NCBI GenBank assembly: GCA_964579325.1
Contig: CAZOHN010000001.1
Span: 66,726-130,725, forward strand
Direction of reading: 5' to 3'
Length of the DNA: 64,000 nucleotides
Origin: an uncultured Rhodobacterales bacterium
Lineage (GTDB): Bacteria > Pseudomonadota > Alphaproteobacteria > Rhodobacterales > Rhodobacteraceae
In this document: one piece after another, positions 9,247 to 18,455 of the stretch
Numbering within the stretch: position 1 is the stretch's first letter
Layout: the number at the start of each line of letters is the position of its first letter
The notes under the pieces: model-generated
What the model was told of the DNA's origin: nothing
Databases searched by the model: none
Seen by the model: only the letters and a program-made list of their open reading frames with translations
Program-made: the position numbers and the translations under genes

Positions 9247-10116
9247 TTGTTCAGTATCGTTGGCATCGTCGTCATTTTCGTCATGGTCTTCGGCGGCTAC
9301 ATGTTGGCCGGGGGGAAATTCGGCATTATCATCAAGGCGCTGCCCTTCGAGATGATGATGATCGCCGGTGCGGCAGTTGGCGCGTTCCTGATCACGAACG
9401 ATTCGAGCACGGTCAAGGCAACACTCAAGGGGTTGGGAAAGGTCTTCAAGGGCCCGCACTGGAAGCCCGACGACTACCGCGATCTGCTATGCCTCCTGTT
9501 CGAGTTGATCCGGGTTTCTCGCGCCAATCCTGTAGCCCTCGAAGAGCAGATCGAGTCGCCCGAGACTTCGCCCATCTTCTCTCGATACCCCCGCATCCTT
9601 GCCGACCACGAAGCAATCGACTTGATCTGCGATACCTTGCGCGCTGCCTCCATGAACTACGACGACCCGCATCAGGTCGAGGAAGTCCTCGAGAAGCGCT
9701 TGGACGTACACTTCCATCACATGAGCCACCCTTCGCATGCGTTGCAAGGCATGGCCGACGGACTTCCGGCGCTGGGAATCGTTGCTGCCGTTCTGGGGGT
9801 GATCAAGACGATGGCCTCGATCGACCAACCTCCGGAGATCCTCGGCAAGATGATCGGCGGCGCGCTTGTCGGCACGTTTCTCGGTGTTTTCCTGGCCTAC
9901 GGGTTTGTCGGACCGTTTTCGGGCAAGGTCGGGAGCATCGCCGATGAGGACAAGCAGTTCTACAAGCTCATCCGCGAAGTCCTCGTCGCAAACCTGCATG
10001 CGCATCCGCCGGCGATCTGCATCGAGGTGGGTCGCCAGAACACCCCGCACCACTACCGTCCCACGTTCTCCGAACTCGAGGAGGCCCTGAAGAACGCCAA
10101 GCAGGATGCGGCATGA
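9247..10116 (+). CDS. motA: Flagellar stator protein MotA
   Basis: 289 aa with the MotA/TolQ/ExbB channel signature (LPALGIVAAVLGVIKTM...GALVGTFLGVFLAYGF). TTG start 7 nt after GGGGAGA. Confidence 0.9.
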   Translation: MFSIVGIVVIFVMVFGGYMLAGGKFGIIIKALPFEMMMIAGAAVGAFLITNDSSTVKATLKGLGKVFKGPHWKPDDYRDLLCLLFELIRVSRANPVALEEQIESPETSPIFSRYPRILADHEAIDLICDTLRAASMNYDDPHQVEEVLEKRLDVHFHHMSHPSHALQGMADGLPALGIVAAVLGVIKTMASIDQPPEILGKMIGGALVGTFLGVFLAYGFVGPFSGKVGSIADEDKQFYKLIREVLVANLHAHPPAICIEVGRQNTPHHYRPTFSELEEALKNAKQDAA

Positions 10117-12632
10117 CCTTTGGGAAGGTGACAGCCAGACAGCCACGTAGTGCAGGGCGGCCATTTCGCCTCCTCCTCGGCTTGGTTCTCATGCACAGCC
10201 TGATCGGTTCGCCTGCGGTGGCCGAGACGGTTCGGGTAAGATCAGGCAATCATGCCAGCTTCTCACGTCTCGTCGTGCCCTTGTCGACGCCAGTCGAGTG
10301 GATTCTCGGTCGTTCAGAGAACGGCTATATCCTTGAAGTCGAAGACAAAGACCTCGAATTCGATCTGGCCGGGGCGTTCGACAGGATTCCGCGAACCAGG
10401 ATCACTGCGCTGCGTGCCGATCGCGGTCGGCCACGGCTGGAGGTCGACCTTGGTTGCGATTGCCACGCGACGGCCTTTGTCTACGGTGCCGCCGCGATCG
10501 TGATCGACGTGAATGACGGTCCCCCGCAACCGGGATCGCGCTTCGAAATGCCGATCGACCAGGCTGCCGCCCGCCCGATGAAGCCCTCGGACTCGATCCC
10601 GCCGTTGCCGTACGCTGGCGGACCGTTCCAGTTCGGATCCGTTCAGGGTCTCGCCATACTGTCTGATGCCGAGCCGAGCGAAGGCTCGATGTCATCCCTA
10701 CGGCCTGAAGTGCCTGCCTTTGCCCAATCACGACAGCCCGTTTGGGCACCCAACACCGCGCCGGCACTGACTGCGGTGGCCGTGCCGGGCGTCTCAGGGG
10801 ATGCCACCGCCAAGGTCGAACTCGCTGCGGAACTTGCCGCGCGGGCCATCGATAGCGAACGGTTGGTCCGAGAGCTTTCGCGCGCAGCCGCACAGGGGCT
10901 GTTGCAGCCGCGACTGCAGGCGGTCGACCCGTTCGAGAGCCTTTTGACGGCAGAACCAGCGGAACAGGAAGGTGTGGCGCCGCCTCCTGAACCTGTTGCT
11001 CGGGCTGACGAACAGTCCGGCCCTGAACTATCGACGCCACAGGGACCGGAGAGCCCGCCTAATCTGCGTATCGTGGCACAGACTTCGATCGACCGCGACA
11101 CCGGCGTATCGCGGATCGTCCGTTCTCTCGGCAACGATGCACAGCCCTGCATCCAGGACTCCGCGCTCGACATCGCCTCCTGGGGTGACACGGATGCTCC
11201 TGAAGAGGGAATCAAGGGCCTTGCGCGGCACCGCGAGAACCTCGTGAAGGAGTTCGACCGGCCGGATCCGAAACGCGTGATCGAACTGGTGCGTTACTAC
11301 CTCTGGCTGGGGTTGGGTGTCGAAGCGCGCTCGGTTCTCAAGGCTTTTGAAGGGGAAATTCCCGCGGCTCCAATAGAGGCGGCCATGACATGGCTCGTCG
11401 ACGGCGAAACTGGAACCGAAGCCGTCGAGTTCAAGGGCCAATCCGGATGTTCCGGCCGCGCGGCGCTTTGGTCGCTTCTCGTCGAATCGGATGGAACGCT
11501 CCCGGAGGGCGTGAACAGACTGGCCGTGGTAGCGGCGTTCTCGGAGCTGCCTCCGGGTCTTCGGAGTGTCCTTGGCCAGGATCTCGCCCGGCGCTTTCTG
11601 GCGGCCGGCGATCGCAATTCGACAATCGCAATTCGCAACGCCCTCGCCCGCGCGGGTGCGCCATACATGCGGGAAGCAGAACTGATCGATGCCCGCATGG
11701 CGGTTCTTGAAGGAGATACCTCGGCAGGTCGGATGCTCGAGGCTCTTGCAATCGGAAATGACAGGATTGCGGCTGAAGCGCTCGCGTTGCAAGTCGAGGC
11801 GGGACTTGATCGGGGGGAGAATGTGGCGGGCGCAGCCGATGCGATAGCCGGACTTGCGCGAACGCATGGCGAAGCACTGCCCGGCTCTGATCTCGACCGG
11901 CTCTCGATTCGAGCGCGGATCGCAGCTGGCGACTATGACGAGGTCCGGGCCGACCTCCTCCGCCGGGCGGCGGTCGATGGGGAAGCCGGAGAGGACCGCG
12001 CCTTGTGGTCGGAGTTCGTTTCGACCGTGACCGGAGATGCAAGCGATGCCGCGTTCCTGCGCCAAGCCTTTGCGCTGCGCCGCGACCTCGTAAACCTCCC
12101 CGTGGATCCGGATGCCAGGAATGCCCTCGCACATCGCCTTGAAGAATTGGGTTTTCCCGAAGAAGCGGGGGAGGTCCGTTCCAAGGCAGCCGAAGAGCCG
12201 GGACACAACCTGATGCGACCTGGGGGGGAGCCGTCGCGCAGGGATGCGAGTGCACAGGCTGATACTTCAGCCACCACGACCGTCGAGCCGGCAACGGGCC
12301 GAGACCCAGTCGAGGGCGCGCGGGCGGGAGCCCTCACGGCGCCCGAAGCATTCGAGATACCAAGTTCTGGCGCCAACAGGGACGAACCAACAGCCCAAAG
12401 CCTGCCGACGCAGGGAGTGGAAAGCCCGTCCCTGGAGGCGGGAAACGGGCTACCCATGGCAGCCGACGCTACCGCATCCGGGCGTCGCACGGCAAATAGC
12501 GAGAGCCGCCCGCTCGTGGTGGAGGGTGGTGTGGTCGAGCGTGCTGCCAATGCGCTGGAGACTGCACGCGCGGCAAGGGCCGCGATCGAGCAGAGGCTGC
12601 AGGCCCTGCGAACGGCCGAGCCCTCGGGCTGA
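10113..12632 (+). CDS. 839-aa exported protein (AMIN-like N-domain, disordered linker, TPR-like C-region); flagellar-cluster protein of unknown role
   Basis: ATGA overlap with the motA stop. Signal peptide ending AVA-E. The N-terminal beta-rich segment (VRVRSGNHASFSRLVVPLSTPVEW...GYILEV) resembles an AMIN domain. The C-terminal half is helical-repeat-like. Confidence 0.6.
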   Translation: MTFGKVTARQPRSAGRPFRLLLGLVLMHSLIGSPAVAETVRVRSGNHASFSRLVVPLSTPVEWILGRSENGYILEVEDKDLEFDLAGAFDRIPRTRITALRADRGRPRLEVDLGCDCHATAFVYGAAAIVIDVNDGPPQPGSRFEMPIDQAAARPMKPSDSIPPLPYAGGPFQFGSVQGLAILSDAEPSEGSMSSLRPEVPAFAQSRQPVWAPNTAPALTAVAVPGVSGDATAKVELAAELAARAIDSERLVRELSRAAAQGLLQPRLQAVDPFESLLTAEPAEQEGVAPPPEPVARADEQSGPELSTPQGPESPPNLRIVAQTSIDRDTGVSRIVRSLGNDAQPCIQDSALDIASWGDTDAPEEGIKGLARHRENLVKEFDRPDPKRVIELVRYYLWLGLGVEARSVLKAFEGEIPAAPIEAAMTWLVDGETGTEAVEFKGQSGCSGRAALWSLLVESDGTLPEGVNRLAVVAAFSELPPGLRSVLGQDLARRFLAAGDRNSTIAIRNALARAGAPYMREAELIDARMAVLEGDTSAGRMLEALAIGNDRIAAEALALQVEAGLDRGENVAGAADAIAGLARTHGEALPGSDLDRLSIRARIAAGDYDEVRADLLRRAAVDGEAGEDRALWSEFVSTVTGDASDAAFLRQAFALRRDLVNLPVDPDARNALAHRLEELGFPEEAGEVRSKAAEEPGHNLMRPGGEPSRRDASAQADTSATTTVEPATGRDPVEGARAGALTAPEAFEIPSSGANRDEPTAQSLPTQGVESPSLEAGNGLPMAADATASGRRTANSESRPLVVEGGVVERAANALETARAARAAIEQRLQALRTAEPSG

Positions 12633-12741
12633 GCCGGATGGAATTCTGGCGGTCTGGCTGCGGCTTGCCGAAGACTTACCGAATCTTCAGTTTCGCCCGC
12701 CTAGAGTGCGGTCACTCCAGCAAGAACTGTGGGGGAGGAAC

Positions 12742-13578
12742 ATGTCCGACGGGGCCCGGCCGGCAATCGGCGTATCAGTCTTGGATGGTGGATGGCTGGG
12801 TCGTCGGGGCAGCAGTGTGCAGGGCTTGCTCCTGGCCACGGCGCTGTGCTTCGCGGTGCCGTCCCCACGCGCGTGGGCGGAGGACACCCCACAGTCGGAT
12901 CTGCGCGCCGATCCTTCGCTGCTTTGCGATGCGGCAGCCGCTCGGGTGTCGCGCGAGAGCGGCATTCCGCTCGCCGTGCTGCAGGCGATCAGCCTGACGG
13001 AAACCGGGCGTCGCCGCCATGGCGCATTGCGGCCCTGGCCCTGGACCGTGAACATGGAAGGAAAGGGAGACTGGTTCGGCACACGTGAGCAGGCGCTCGC
13101 ACATGTCGAAGCCAACTTCACGCGGGGCGCGCGCAGCTTTGATGTCGGCTGCTTTCAACTCAACTTCCGTTGGCACGGAGACGCCTTCCGATCCATCGAG
13201 GAGATGTTCGATCCGCTCGCGAATGCGCGCTATGCGGCCGCATTTCTTGCGGAACTCCACGCCGAACTCGGAAACTGGAGCGCAGCAGCCGGGGCCTATC
13301 ATTCCCGGACACCAGAGTACGCCCGGCGCTACCGAGCGCGCTTCGATACGATTCTGGCGGCGCTTGAGGGCGATGCTTTTCCGGGGTCGGAACCTGGGTC
13401 TCCCCTGATCGAGGTCGCGACCGCTGAAACCGCGGTACTCCCTGAGCGCGTCAACAGTTTCCCCCTGCTCCAGACAGGCCTCGGTCCGAGATCGCTCGGT
13501 TCGCTGGTTCCCCTCGAGGTGGGGCGTTCGGTCGCGTTCTTCGGGCTGCCCTCATCGGGAATTGAAGATGCTCTCTGA
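12742..13578 (+). CDS. Lytic transglycosylase (SLT domain), SltF-like flagellar peptidoglycan hydrolase
   Basis: ATG at 12742 is preceded by GGGGGAGGA. Signal peptide, then LAVLQAISLTETGRRRHG...PWPWTVNMEG...FDVGCFQLNFRWHG. The track ORF start at 12244 is an upstream extension that overlaps the previous gene. Confidence 0.8.
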   Translation: MSDGARPAIGVSVLDGGWLGRRGSSVQGLLLATALCFAVPSPRAWAEDTPQSDLRADPSLLCDAAAARVSRESGIPLAVLQAISLTETGRRRHGALRPWPWTVNMEGKGDWFGTREQALAHVEANFTRGARSFDVGCFQLNFRWHGDAFRSIEEMFDPLANARYAAAFLAELHAELGNWSAAAGAYHSRTPEYARRYRARFDTILAALEGDAFPGSEPGSPLIEVATAETAVLPERVNSFPLLQTGLGPRSLGSLVPLEVGRSVAFFGLPSSGIEDAL

Positions 13579-15661
13579 CCTGACGTTGGGCTCACTCTTC
13601 CGGCCGACCGTCCTCCTGGCCCTGGCGCTCATGGCAGTCATCATTATGATGATTTTGCCCGTCCCGGCATGGCTTCTGGACCTCGGTCTCGCCGCATCCT
13701 TCGCGCTTGCGATCCTTATATTCACCGTCACGCTGTTCATCGAGCGCCCCCTCGACTTCTCGGCTTTTCCCACTGTCCTGCTCGCGTCGCTTATGCTGCG
13801 CCTTTCACTCAACATCTCGTCCACGAAGCTGATCATCGGCGAAGGGCATACCGGGACCTCGGCCGCAGGAAACGTGATCGAGGGTGTCGCCATGTTCATC
13901 ATGGATGGCAGCGTTTTCCTCGGCCTTGTCGTGTTCTGCGTCCTGCTGATCGTGAACTTCGTCGTGATCACGAAAGGCGCGGGGAGAATGGCCGAAGTCG
14001 GCGCGCGCTTTGCCCTCGATGGTATGCCAGGCAAGCAGCTCGCAATCGATGCAGATATGTCCGCGGGGGCGATCGACCACAAGGAGGCGAAGTCTCGGAG
14101 GGAACGGGACCAGGCCGAAACCACGTTCTTCGGCTCGCTCGACGGGGCCTCAAAGTTCGTGAAGGGTGACGCGGTGGCAGGGTTGCTGATCACGCTCCTG
14201 AACCTGGTCGGCGGCTTGATCATGGGGACGGTCGTCCATGGAATGCCAATGTCCACCGCATTCAAGACCTACGCGATCCTCACTGTCGGGGATGGCCTGG
14301 TCTCCCAGATCCCAGCGGTGATCATCTCGGTCGCGGCCGCGCTGCTGCTTGCGCGCGGTGGACAGAGCGGCGCAACGGATATCGCCCTCTTCCGGCAACT
14401 TGGCCGATATCCTGCAGCTCTGGGGACCGCTGCCCTGCTGATGGGGTTCTTCGCACTGTTTCCTGGCCTTCCCTTCACGCCCTTCATGATCGGTACCGTT
14501 GTCCTTGGGTTCTTCGCATGGCGCCTCGCGCGCGCCGAACACCCGACTGCGGGCGATCCGTCACAACCGGCAGGGCCTGAGCAGGCATTGCCACAGTCAA
14601 AGCCCATCGGCGATTCCCTCGACCTTGACGACATCCATGTCGAGTTTGCGCCCGATCTCGTGTCGATGGTGCTCGACCCCGCAACCGGACTCGAAGTGCG
14701 GATCACGAACATGCGCCGCCATGTCGTGCAAACCTACGGCCTTATTCTTCCCGAGCTCAGGCTCACCGACAATGCTAACCTCCCGTCTGGGACCTACCTC
14801 GTCCGGATTCAAGGCGTCGAACAGGCGCGGAGTTCCGTCCGCACCGACCGGTTGCTTGCCCTGACCGGGGGATCAGAGACCGAACTGCCGGACGGAGAGG
14901 ATGTCCGGGAACCCGTCTACGGTGCGCCCGCCCGCTGGATCACGCCGGCCGCCCGGGAGGATGCCGCGTTGCTGGGGCTGACGGTTGTTACGTCTACCGA
15001 GGTCCTCGCGACGCATCTGCTGGAGATCATCAAGAAGAACCTTCCGCGCCTGCTGACGCTCAAGGCGCTCAGGCGGATTCTGGACGAACTTACCGGGCTT
15101 TCCGATCCGGCCCGTGCAGAGGCCAACCGGAGGCTGTTCGACGAGCTGATCCCCGAAAAGGTCCCGATGGACCTGCTCCTTTCCGTGCTGCGGTTACTCC
15201 TTGATGAGCGGGTCTCGATCCGGAACCTGCCGCTGATCCTCGAGGCAGTCGCCGAGGTGCGCCACGCGAACGTGCCGCCGGAGTCGGTCTGCGAACATGT
15301 GCGGCACAGGCTCGGGTTCCAACTCGTCGCTGAGTTGCGCCGTCCGGATGGGACCATTCCGCTCGTGCAGCTCGCCCCCGAGTGGGAAAAGACCTTCGCG
15401 GAACACGAGGTTCCGGGTGATCGGGGCCAGCCCGACGTCGCGCTACCTCCTGAGGATTTCAACCGACTTGCCCGCGCGATTGCGGAGCGTGTCGCACTTG
15501 CAGGCGAGCAGGGTACCCAGGCGGCAGTTGTCACCTCGACGCGCCGCCGCCGCTTCGTGCGGACCGTTCTCAAGGCCAAGGGGGTCTCCGCTACCGTTCT
15601 GTCGTTCGAGGAGATCGGTCTCGAGGCGCGACCGGCTCTCGTGGGACTGGTTGCTGCATGA
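13568..15661 (+). CDS. flhA: Flagellar export apparatus protein FlhA
   Basis: About 697 aa with the FHIPEP family signature (FPTVLL...GAGRMAEVGARFALDGMPGKQLAIDADM). ATG at 13568; the track's TTG at 13562 is the alternative. Confidence 0.93.
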   Translation: MLSDLTLGSLFRPTVLLALALMAVIIMMILPVPAWLLDLGLAASFALAILIFTVTLFIERPLDFSAFPTVLLASLMLRLSLNISSTKLIIGEGHTGTSAAGNVIEGVAMFIMDGSVFLGLVVFCVLLIVNFVVITKGAGRMAEVGARFALDGMPGKQLAIDADMSAGAIDHKEAKSRRERDQAETTFFGSLDGASKFVKGDAVAGLLITLLNLVGGLIMGTVVHGMPMSTAFKTYAILTVGDGLVSQIPAVIISVAAALLLARGGQSGATDIALFRQLGRYPAALGTAALLMGFFALFPGLPFTPFMIGTVVLGFFAWRLARAEHPTAGDPSQPAGPEQALPQSKPIGDSLDLDDIHVEFAPDLVSMVLDPATGLEVRITNMRRHVVQTYGLILPELRLTDNANLPSGTYLVRIQGVEQARSSVRTDRLLALTGGSETELPDGEDVREPVYGAPARWITPAAREDAALLGLTVVTSTEVLATHLLEIIKKNLPRLLTLKALRRILDELTGLSDPARAEANRRLFDELIPEKVPMDLLLSVLRLLLDERVSIRNLPLILEAVAEVRHANVPPESVCEHVRHRLGFQLVAELRRPDGTIPLVQLAPEWEKTFAEHEVPGDRGQPDVALPPEDFNRLARAIAERVALAGEQGTQAAVVTSTRRRRFVRTVLKAKGVSATVLSFEEIGLEARPALVGLVAA

Positions 15662-16440
15662 CGGAGGCACTGCTTGCGCTCACCGACCTGGGAGCCGACA
15701 CGCTCTACGCGATGCTTGCCGTATTCCTGCGGGTCGGAGCCGTCATGGCGGTACTTCCCGCGTTCGGCGAGCAGTCGATTCCAATGCGAATTCGGCTCGT
15801 GCTTGCCGGCGCCTTCACCGTCATCGTGGCCCCGGCAGTTGCGCCGGAGCTCCCCAAGGTGGCTGGTGATCTTGTATCGCAGGTTCGGATCCTAGGGGCG
15901 GAAGTAATCGTCGGGCTTGCCCTCGGCCTTGGGCTGCGGCTCTTCATCCTGGCCCTTCAGACTGCGGGTGCGATGGCCGCCCAGGCGGTGTCATTGTCCC
16001 AAATCTTCGGCGGAAGTGCCGGAGTCGACCCGCAACCGGCAATATCTCACCTGCTCACAATTGCCGGGCTCGCCCTTGCGGTCCTGACAGACCTGCACGT
16101 CCGGGTGGCGGCCATCCTGATCCAGTCCTATGAGATCTTTGCCCCTGGGCTCTACCCCAGCGCCGATGCCTTTGCGGAATGGGGCGTCTATCGGACGGCA
16201 CAGTCCTTCGCCCTCGCGTTCTCCCTCGCCGCGCCCTTCGTCGTTGCATCGGTGCTGTACAACGTGGCGCTTGGTGCCATCAATCGCGCCATGCCGCAAC
16301 TCATGGTCTCCTTCGTCGGCGCGCCGGCTTTGACATGGGGCGGGCTGGCCCTCCTTCTGATGTCGATGCCGATCATGCTCGATGTCTGGATCGACGCTCT
16401 GCTCCGCTTCATGGGCGATCCGATGGGGGTCGGTGGATGA
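15658..16440 (+). CDS. fliR: Flagellar export apparatus protein FliR
   Basis: 260 aa polytopic membrane protein. ATGA overlap with flhA. FliR N-terminus (FLRVGAVMAVLPAFGE). Confidence 0.85.
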   Translation: MTEALLALTDLGADTLYAMLAVFLRVGAVMAVLPAFGEQSIPMRIRLVLAGAFTVIVAPAVAPELPKVAGDLVSQVRILGAEVIVGLALGLGLRLFILALQTAGAMAAQAVSLSQIFGGSAGVDPQPAISHLLTIAGLALAVLTDLHVRVAAILIQSYEIFAPGLYPSADAFAEWGVYRTAQSFALAFSLAAPFVVASVLYNVALGAINRAMPQLMVSFVGAPALTWGGLALLLMSMPIMLDVWIDALLRFMGDPMGVGG

Positions 16441-17540
16441 GCGGGGGGGCTGATGACGACACGGAGAAGGGTCACGAGCCGACACAGAAGAAGCTCGATG
16501 ATGCGCGCAAGCGCGGAGAAGTTCCCCGCTCGCAAGACCTGAACACGGCGGCAGCCTATTTCGGTCTGTTGATCGCCATTGTCGGATTCGGAGCCTACAG
16601 CGTCGATCGGATTGGAAGTGCTTCGAGCCTTCTCCTGGCGCGGGCCCATGAATTCGCCCCGCTGCTGATTGACGGTGGCAGTCCGGCCCTCGGTGAACTC
16701 TTCAAGGAGGTCGGTGCGGGTGCACTTCCGTTGTTCCTGCTGCCTGCCCTGGCAGCCCTTGTTACCGTGATCGCCCAACGCAGCTTCGTGGTGACCGGCG
16801 AGAATCTGGAGCCGAAGGCCTCCCGGATCTCACCGATCGCCCAGTTGAAGAACAAGTTCGGTCGCAAGGGCCTCTTCGAGTTCGCAAAGAGCACCGTGAA
16901 GCTCGTGGTCATCGCCACGATCCTGGCGGTCTACCTCGTCCATGAGGCCGAATCCGTCATCGGCCTCGTCCTGCTCTCTCCGGGGCAGTCGATGCTCGAA
17001 CTCGGGCGGCTACTTTCCGGATTCCTGTCCGTTGTCCTCGTCGTTGCGATGGTGATCGGAGCCATCGACTACTTCTGGCAGTACTTCGAGCACATCCGTT
17101 CCAACCGCATGTCTCACAAGGAACTCACCGACGAGATGAAGGAGAGCGAAGGCGATCCCTACATGAAGAACGAGCGGCGCAGGCGTGGTATCGACATTGC
17201 GCTCAACCGCATGATTGCCGATGTCGCCAAGGCGGATGTGGTCGTGGTTAACCCGACCCACTATGCCGTTGCGCTGAAATGGTCGCGGGATCAGGGCACG
17301 GCACCGATCTGCGTAGCGAAAGGGGTCGACGAAATCGCAGCCCGTATCCGGGTTGCCGCGGCCGAGGCCGGGGTTCCCGTTCATCGTGACCCGCCGACCG
17401 CGCGAGCTCTCCATGCAACGGTCGAGCTGGGGGCAGAAATCAGGCCCGAACACTATCGTGCCGTTGCCGCAGCGATCCGGTTCGCCGAACGTATGCGCGA
17501 ACGGGCGCGGAGTCGGTTCAGCACAGGGCGCGCGGAATGA
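16437..17540 (+). CDS. flhB: Flagellar export switch protein FlhB
   Basis: ATG at 16437 overlaps the fliR stop. EKGHEPTQKKLDDARKRGEVPRSQDL N-terminus and NPTH autocleavage motif (VVNPTHYAVAL). The track start at 16179 is an out-of-context extension. Confidence 0.92.
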   Translation: MSGGADDDTEKGHEPTQKKLDDARKRGEVPRSQDLNTAAAYFGLLIAIVGFGAYSVDRIGSASSLLLARAHEFAPLLIDGGSPALGELFKEVGAGALPLFLLPALAALVTVIAQRSFVVTGENLEPKASRISPIAQLKNKFGRKGLFEFAKSTVKLVVIATILAVYLVHEAESVIGLVLLSPGQSMLELGRLLSGFLSVVLVVAMVIGAIDYFWQYFEHIRSNRMSHKELTDEMKESEGDPYMKNERRRRGIDIALNRMIADVAKADVVVVNPTHYAVALKWSRDQGTAPICVAKGVDEIAARIRVAAAEAGVPVHRDPPTARALHATVELGAEIRPEHYRAVAAAIRFAERMRERARSRFSTGRAE

Positions 17541-17899
17541 AAAGAAATCGGACCGCTGCGCTGCGTGAGGTCGTCAATCTCATCCTAGACGCCGAACTGG
17601 CACGTCTGCGCTCGGAAACGGGAGTTCGAGGAGCGCTGATCGGGCGGATCGGTGAGCTTGACCTTGCCGTCGCACGACAGCAGGAAATTCTGGCGAGTGA
17701 AATCGACGCGGAAGTGAGCGGTTCGGTGTATGATCGCTGGGGCGGGTGGGTCGAGAGCAGGAAAGTTGCGCTCAACACGGCCTTGGCCGCCCAGACCGCC
17801 AGAACGGACGTTCAGGCCGATCGCGCGCGTCGCGCCCTCGGACGTGTCGAGGCTTTGCGCCTAATCGCCGAAGCCGACGCCCGTAAGCGGCGAAGGTGA
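17537..17899 (+). CDS. Small coiled-coil protein, ATGA-coupled to flhB (possibly FliJ-like)
   Basis: 120 aa, all-helical and Arg/Ala-rich. The position suggests an export-chaperone or FliJ-type role. I recognise no diagnostic motif. Confidence 0.45.
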   Translation: MKRNRTAALREVVNLILDAELARLRSETGVRGALIGRIGELDLAVARQQEILASEIDAEVSGSVYDRWGGWVESRKVALNTALAAQTARTDVQADRARRALGRVEALRLIAEADARKRRR

Positions 17900-17962
17900 C
17901 GCCGGCATTGACAGAACATCCAGGGGTCGGTTGTCGGGTCGCTTCTCCGTTGGCGCCCCCGA

Positions 17963-18442
17963 TCAGGAGTCCTGGCGAACGATATCAATGATCAGGATGT
18001 CTGACACATCGCGTCCCATTACGCTGCGAGCCGCCTCCAGCAGTGCGCGGCGCAAGGCGCCGAGCGTGTCGGATGAGGTGAACTGCCCGTCGAAACCGCC
18101 GGCATTGGCATGGTCGAACATCACCCGGAGGAACAGATCGCGCAATTTCGGTTCGCGTGAGTAGACGTCCTCCCGCATGCCGATCTTGACCTGCAGGCTC
18201 ACAGACATCGCGATCATGGCTGTGACTTGGCCATCGCGGACAATCGGGACGATGAACTGGTTGTTTAGCTTGACGAAGTCGAGTTCCGCCGCAGCGGCTT
18301 GCTCTGCCTCGACGGCCTCCGCTTCGGCCTCCGCGTGCTCGTCGATCTCGGCGAGTTCGGGTTCCGGGCGTAGCATGAGGCCGGCACCGGCGCCCGCGCC
18401 CAGTCCGAGAACCGCGAGGAGAATAGGGAGGATCTTGCGCAT
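17963..18442 (-). CDS. Second FliL-family protein
   Basis: ATG at 18442 gives MRKILPILLAVLGLGAGAGAGLML (TM) followed by a FliL-like domain (FVKLNNQFIVPIV...MIAMSVSLQV...ILIIDIVRQD). It is the last gene of the flgB operon. Confidence 0.7.
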   Translation of the reverse strand: MRKILPILLAVLGLGAGAGAGLMLRPEPELAEIDEHAEAEAEAVEAEQAAAAELDFVKLNNQFIVPIVRDGQVTAMIAMSVSLQVKIGMREDVYSREPKLRDLFLRVMFDHANAGGFDGQFTSSDTLGALRRALLEAARSVMGRDVSDILIIDIVRQDS

Positions 18443-18455
18443 TGCGGACTGCCGT

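Noticed and set aside
12244-12741. Upstream extension of the SLT ORF
   Set aside because: It overlaps the 3' end of the 839-aa gene and is Arg-rich. A strong RBS plus ATG at 12742 precedes a proper signal peptide.
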